Assembly (NCBI GenBank): GCA_040773385.1
Contig: JAXGWH010000004.1
Location: 2,105 to 66,104, forward strand
Length of the DNA stretch: 64,000 bases
Source: Aeriscardovia sp.
Lineage (GTDB): Bacteria; Actinomycetota; Actinomycetes; Actinomycetales; Bifidobacteriaceae
Direction: 5' to 3'
Every line of letters begins with the position of its first letter. Position 1 is the first letter of the stretch. Below the pieces are notes generated by a model. That model made no database searches. It saw only the letters and a list, made by a program, of their open reading frames with translations, and had not been told where the DNA came from. Positions 59,287 to 64,000 of this stretch are shown in pieces. Made by a program: the position numbers and the translations under genes.

Positions 59287-61326
59287 TTACAGCGCCACCT
59301 GCACGCCCTGCTCCTTGAGCGAGCGGAACGTGACGGGCAGCTGCGAGAAGTCCTTCGCGTCGGCGGCCAGTCGCGCCTTTTTCTCGTCGTCGGACTCGGC
59401 GTCGGCCGGGTCGAACGTGTCGCGCTCGTGCTCCAGCTCGGGCAGGAACGGCGAGTCCTTGGCGTACTTCCAGAACTCGTCGCCGTAGAGGAAGTGCGGG
59501 TAGTGCCACGGCTTGCCGAACAGGTTGTAGTGGATGAGCCTCGCGCCGTCCACCTTCTTGCCCGCGCCGGTCATCACGTCCCAGCGCCCGTCGAGCAGCA
59601 GGAGGCGCTTTTCGAGCATGACGTTGATGTAGTCCTGGTCGGCGGCGATGGAGCGCACGTGGTAGCGGTTCATCAGCTCGACGAACGCGGAGGCGAAGTG
59701 CAGGCGGCGCAGCTGGTCGAGGTCCATGAGCAGCACGCCGGAGTTGACGTAGCGGGTGGCGTCGATGCCGAGCATGCGCACGCAGTAGGCGCGCATGGTG
59801 GGGTCTCCCGCGATGAACCCGTCGTTGATGGCGCCCATCGCGTTGCCCTTGAGGTCGGTGTCGTACAGGTCGGCGATGTCGGCCAGGAAGCAGGTGTCGG
59901 CGTCCACGTACACGGCGCGGTCGAACTGGGGGAACATCTCGGCGATGAACAGGCGGAAGTAGATGGTGAGCGTCTTGTAGTCGGCGCGCAGCTTGTTGGG
60001 GTCATCGGCCACCATGTCGAGGATTTTCTGGCCCATCTCCACGAAGAGGATCTCAACATTGGGGTGCCCGGCGGCGATGGTCGTCAGTCTCTCCTGGCTC
60101 TCCTTGGTGATGCCTTTGGAGAGGATGTGGACGAGGTAGTGGCGCGAGTCGGTGGTGTGCGCCACGAGCGAGGTGAGCGCCACGGACAGGTAGGGCACGT
60201 ACGGCTCGTCGCTGACGAAGAAGATGGGGATGCTGCGTGAATCTGCCATATCGGGCCTTTCTGCGTGATGACTTTCTTGGTGACGACTTGTTTGGTGATG
60301 GCTTTCAGTGTGACGGCCGTGCGGATGATTTTCTTCCATATCGATGCCGAAGGCTGTGGCGAACTGCTCGGAGCCGGCCTGCCCGTCCGCCTCGACGGTG
60401 GCGGGCACCACGTGCCCCGGTCGCACAGGATGCGAGGCGACGACCCGCGCCTGCACGCCCGTGCCGGTGAGCGCGGGGTCGGCGTCATCGCCCCACATCT
60501 GCGTGCGCAGGCGCTCGTAGTCGGCGAGGATGTCGTCGTACTCGTGGATGCCGAGCACGGAGTGCACCTGGTCGATCTGCCACGGCTTGATGGTGACGGT
60601 GTGCACCCACGGGAAGAAGCGGAAGCTCGTGGTGAAGTGCTGGAACACGGTGTCCGGCTCGGCGGCGTGCTGCTCGTTGTATTTGCGCGCGACGATGCGC
60701 TTCTCGGTCACGAGATGATTCAAGGCCGACTGGTCGGGCAGGAACATGCGCTTGGTGCGGCACATCTGCCGGGCGGCGGCGAACAGGCCGGTACGCCGGA
60801 TCTCGGCCATGTTCAGAAGGAGCATGCCGGAGTTGAGGTATTCGCGGCCGAACTCGGTCTTGTGCTCCTTGAAGAACCAGGAGCCGTAATAGTCGAGCAC
60901 GCCGGCCAGTTCCACGCCGTCCATGTTCTGCTTGTAGAAGTCGTCGAATGGTCTGCGGCACACGATGTCCGTGTCGAGGTAGAGCAGCCGGTCGGGAATG
61001 TCGGAGAGCTCATCGGCCCACAGGCGCAGCATGCAGTAGGGCGTGAAGCGCGTCTCCATGTTGATGGCCGGTTCCTCGGCCATGAACCGGTCGGTGATGT
61101 CCATCAGGCGCACGAACCCGCCCACGCGGCTGTTTTTCACGAGCCGGTCGACGGGCTCCACATCGGACGGCCTGAGCGGCTCGAACTGCTTCTGGCTGTT
61201 GGCCAGCCTGCCGGTGAACACGAACACGTGCAGCTCGTCGTCGGCGTGCTTGAGCAGCGAGAGCACGGAGATGAGCAGGCCGTCGCGCATGTGCGCGTCG
61301 CCGCAGTAGAGGACGTTGACACTCAT
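59287..61326 (-). CDS. Tandem two-domain glycosyltransferase family 8 protein
   Basis: Domain 1 YLDTD/YLNSGMLL/PDQSALN/KPW; His-rich linker; domain 2 YVDAD/YVNSGVLL/DQDYIN/HYNLFGKPW; no stop between them. Confidence 0.88.
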   Translation of the reverse strand: MSVNVLYCGDAHMRDGLLISVLSLLKHADDELHVFVFTGRLANSQKQFEPLRPSDVEPVDRLVKNSRVGGFVRLMDITDRFMAEEPAINMETRFTPYCMLRLWADELSDIPDRLLYLDTDIVCRRPFDDFYKQNMDGVELAGVLDYYGSWFFKEHKTEFGREYLNSGMLLLNMAEIRRTGLFAAARQMCRTKRMFLPDQSALNHLVTEKRIVARKYNEQHAAEPDTVFQHFTTSFRFFPWVHTVTIKPWQIDQVHSVLGIHEYDDILADYERLRTQMWGDDADPALTGTGVQARVVASHPVRPGHVVPATVEADGQAGSEQFATAFGIDMEENHPHGRHTESHHQTSRHQESHHAERPDMADSRSIPIFFVSDEPYVPYLSVALTSLVAHTTDSRHYLVHILSKGITKESQERLTTIAAGHPNVEILFVEMGQKILDMVADDPNKLRADYKTLTIYFRLFIAEMFPQFDRAVYVDADTCFLADIADLYDTDLKGNAMGAINDGFIAGDPTMRAYCVRMLGIDATRYVNSGVLLMDLDQLRRLHFASAFVELMNRYHVRSIAADQDYINVMLEKRLLLLDGRWDVMTGAGKKVDGARLIHYNLFGKPWHYPHFLYGDEFWKYAKDSPFLPELEHERDTFDPADAESDDEKKARLAADAKDFSQLPVTFRSLKEQGVQVAL

Positions 61327-62252
61327 GATTGCTGATTCTCCCCCGCGGTGGGTACGTCGGCTTTCTTGTCGTCCGTGATGGCATCCGCAGCCCCGGGCCT
61401 GTCCGCCTCGTTGTGCACTGATATCCCGGCGTCCGGCGTGCCGTCCGCCTTCTCGTAGTCCACCCAGCGCACGGTGGAGAGCTTCGAGCGCCGCACGAGG
61501 GTGCCGTAGATCTGCTCGTGCAGGTCCCTCTTTTTGGCCTCCTCGTCGCCGGCCACGCGCGGGTAGAACGGCCCGTCGATGTAGACCACGGCCCGCGGCG
61601 TCTTTCCCTCCCCGCGCGACTGGTAGGTGGTGGTGGAGGTGAACGAGGCCACCCTGTAGCGCACCGGGTAACGCATGGAGGTGGGGGTGAACGGGCGGAT
61701 GCGCGTGGCCCACGGCCACACGTGCGCCTCCGGGTACACCTGGCACGCCACGTGATCGCGGGTCACAAGGGTGGTCATCGCCTTCTTGTAACCCGCCCGC
61801 TGGGCGTCGGTTGTGGGCACGGCGAGGAAGTCATAGTGATGCAGGATCGGCCCGAGCACGGGGATGCCGAAGTTGGCCTGCGCCATGATGGCGGTGATCC
61901 GGTGCGGCCAGTTTTCCAGCACGGTGATGCAGATGTCGCCGAACGGCTGGGTGTGGTTGGCGTACATGAAATAGCCCTGATGACGGGCGGCGAGCAGTTT
62001 CTTTCTGCCGATGATGCGGATGTGCAGCACGGTGTGCGCGTAGACGAAGGAGACGAGCCAGAAGACGGCGAGAACGCAGTAGAAGCCGACACGATGCAGG
62101 AGGCCGTCGCCGTGGTACCACGTCCAGTCGTCGCCGATGCGGAAGCGCTGGTCGGGCGAGTCCACGAAGTCCTGCTGGGTGGAGGTGTAGCGGCGCACGC
62201 GCGGCGTGCCAGTGTCGCGAGTGCTGCGTCTGCTGCGGTTGCTGTGCGGCAT
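61323..62252 (-). CDS. PlsC-like acyltransferase
   Basis: YANHTQPFGD, VYPEAHVW; ATGA overlap with GT8 gene. Confidence 0.82.
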   Translation of the reverse strand: MPHSNRSRRSTRDTGTPRVRRYTSTQQDFVDSPDQRFRIGDDWTWYHGDGLLHRVGFYCVLAVFWLVSFVYAHTVLHIRIIGRKKLLAARHQGYFMYANHTQPFGDICITVLENWPHRITAIMAQANFGIPVLGPILHHYDFLAVPTTDAQRAGYKKAMTTLVTRDHVACQVYPEAHVWPWATRIRPFTPTSMRYPVRYRVASFTSTTTYQSRGEGKTPRAVVYIDGPFYPRVAGDEEAKKRDLHEQIYGTLVRRSKLSTVRWVDYEKADGTPDAGISVHNEADRPGAADAITDDKKADVPTAGENQQS

Positions 62253-62377
62253 GCCCCTCCTCCCTGCGCCGTGGGCGGTGTCTGTGGCCGATAGCGCTAC
62301 GCTCCGGCCGTCCTCCCGTTCCCGTATTTCCTGAACCGACAATACCGTCCGGTGGAAACAAGTTACGGTGGCGTAAC

Positions 62378-64000
<1,623 letters not shown>

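Noticed and set aside
59287-61746. 819-aa version of the GT8 ORF
   Set aside because: The upstream extension overlaps the acyltransferase in another frame; the coupled ATG at 61326 is the better start.

Overview
High-GC actinobacterial chromosome segment, most consistent with Bifidobacteriaceae judging from RpoB/RpoC motif variants and gene order. It is almost all core genome on the minus strand: fusA (partial)-rpsG-rpsL, rpoC-rpoB, nusA-infB-rbfA-truB-ribF, proS, a Pif1-like helicase, orn, guaB, a ClC-prfA-prmC-tsaC-wecA block, groES with a perfect CIRCE, rplJL with an L10 leader, pepC, pnp-rpsO, a pullulanase and a partial UvrA-like gene. I found no rRNA, tRNA, CRISPR array, transposase or integrase. 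The two most interesting loci are (1) an acyltransferase-GT8::GT8-GT8-acyltransferase cluster, a candidate acylated-glycolipid pathway whose fused double GT8 keeps an internal ribosome-binding site, and (2) an FHA protein / catalytically degenerate helicase-nuclease-like giant protein / small protein operon resembling a domesticated Hhe-type protein. Smaller observations include an RpoB H526N-equivalent substitution, a long Arg/Asp-rich PNPase tail, stop-codon-spanning duplications, short repeat arrays and several probable leaderless genes. All family calls come from motif recognition by eye; no database searches were run.
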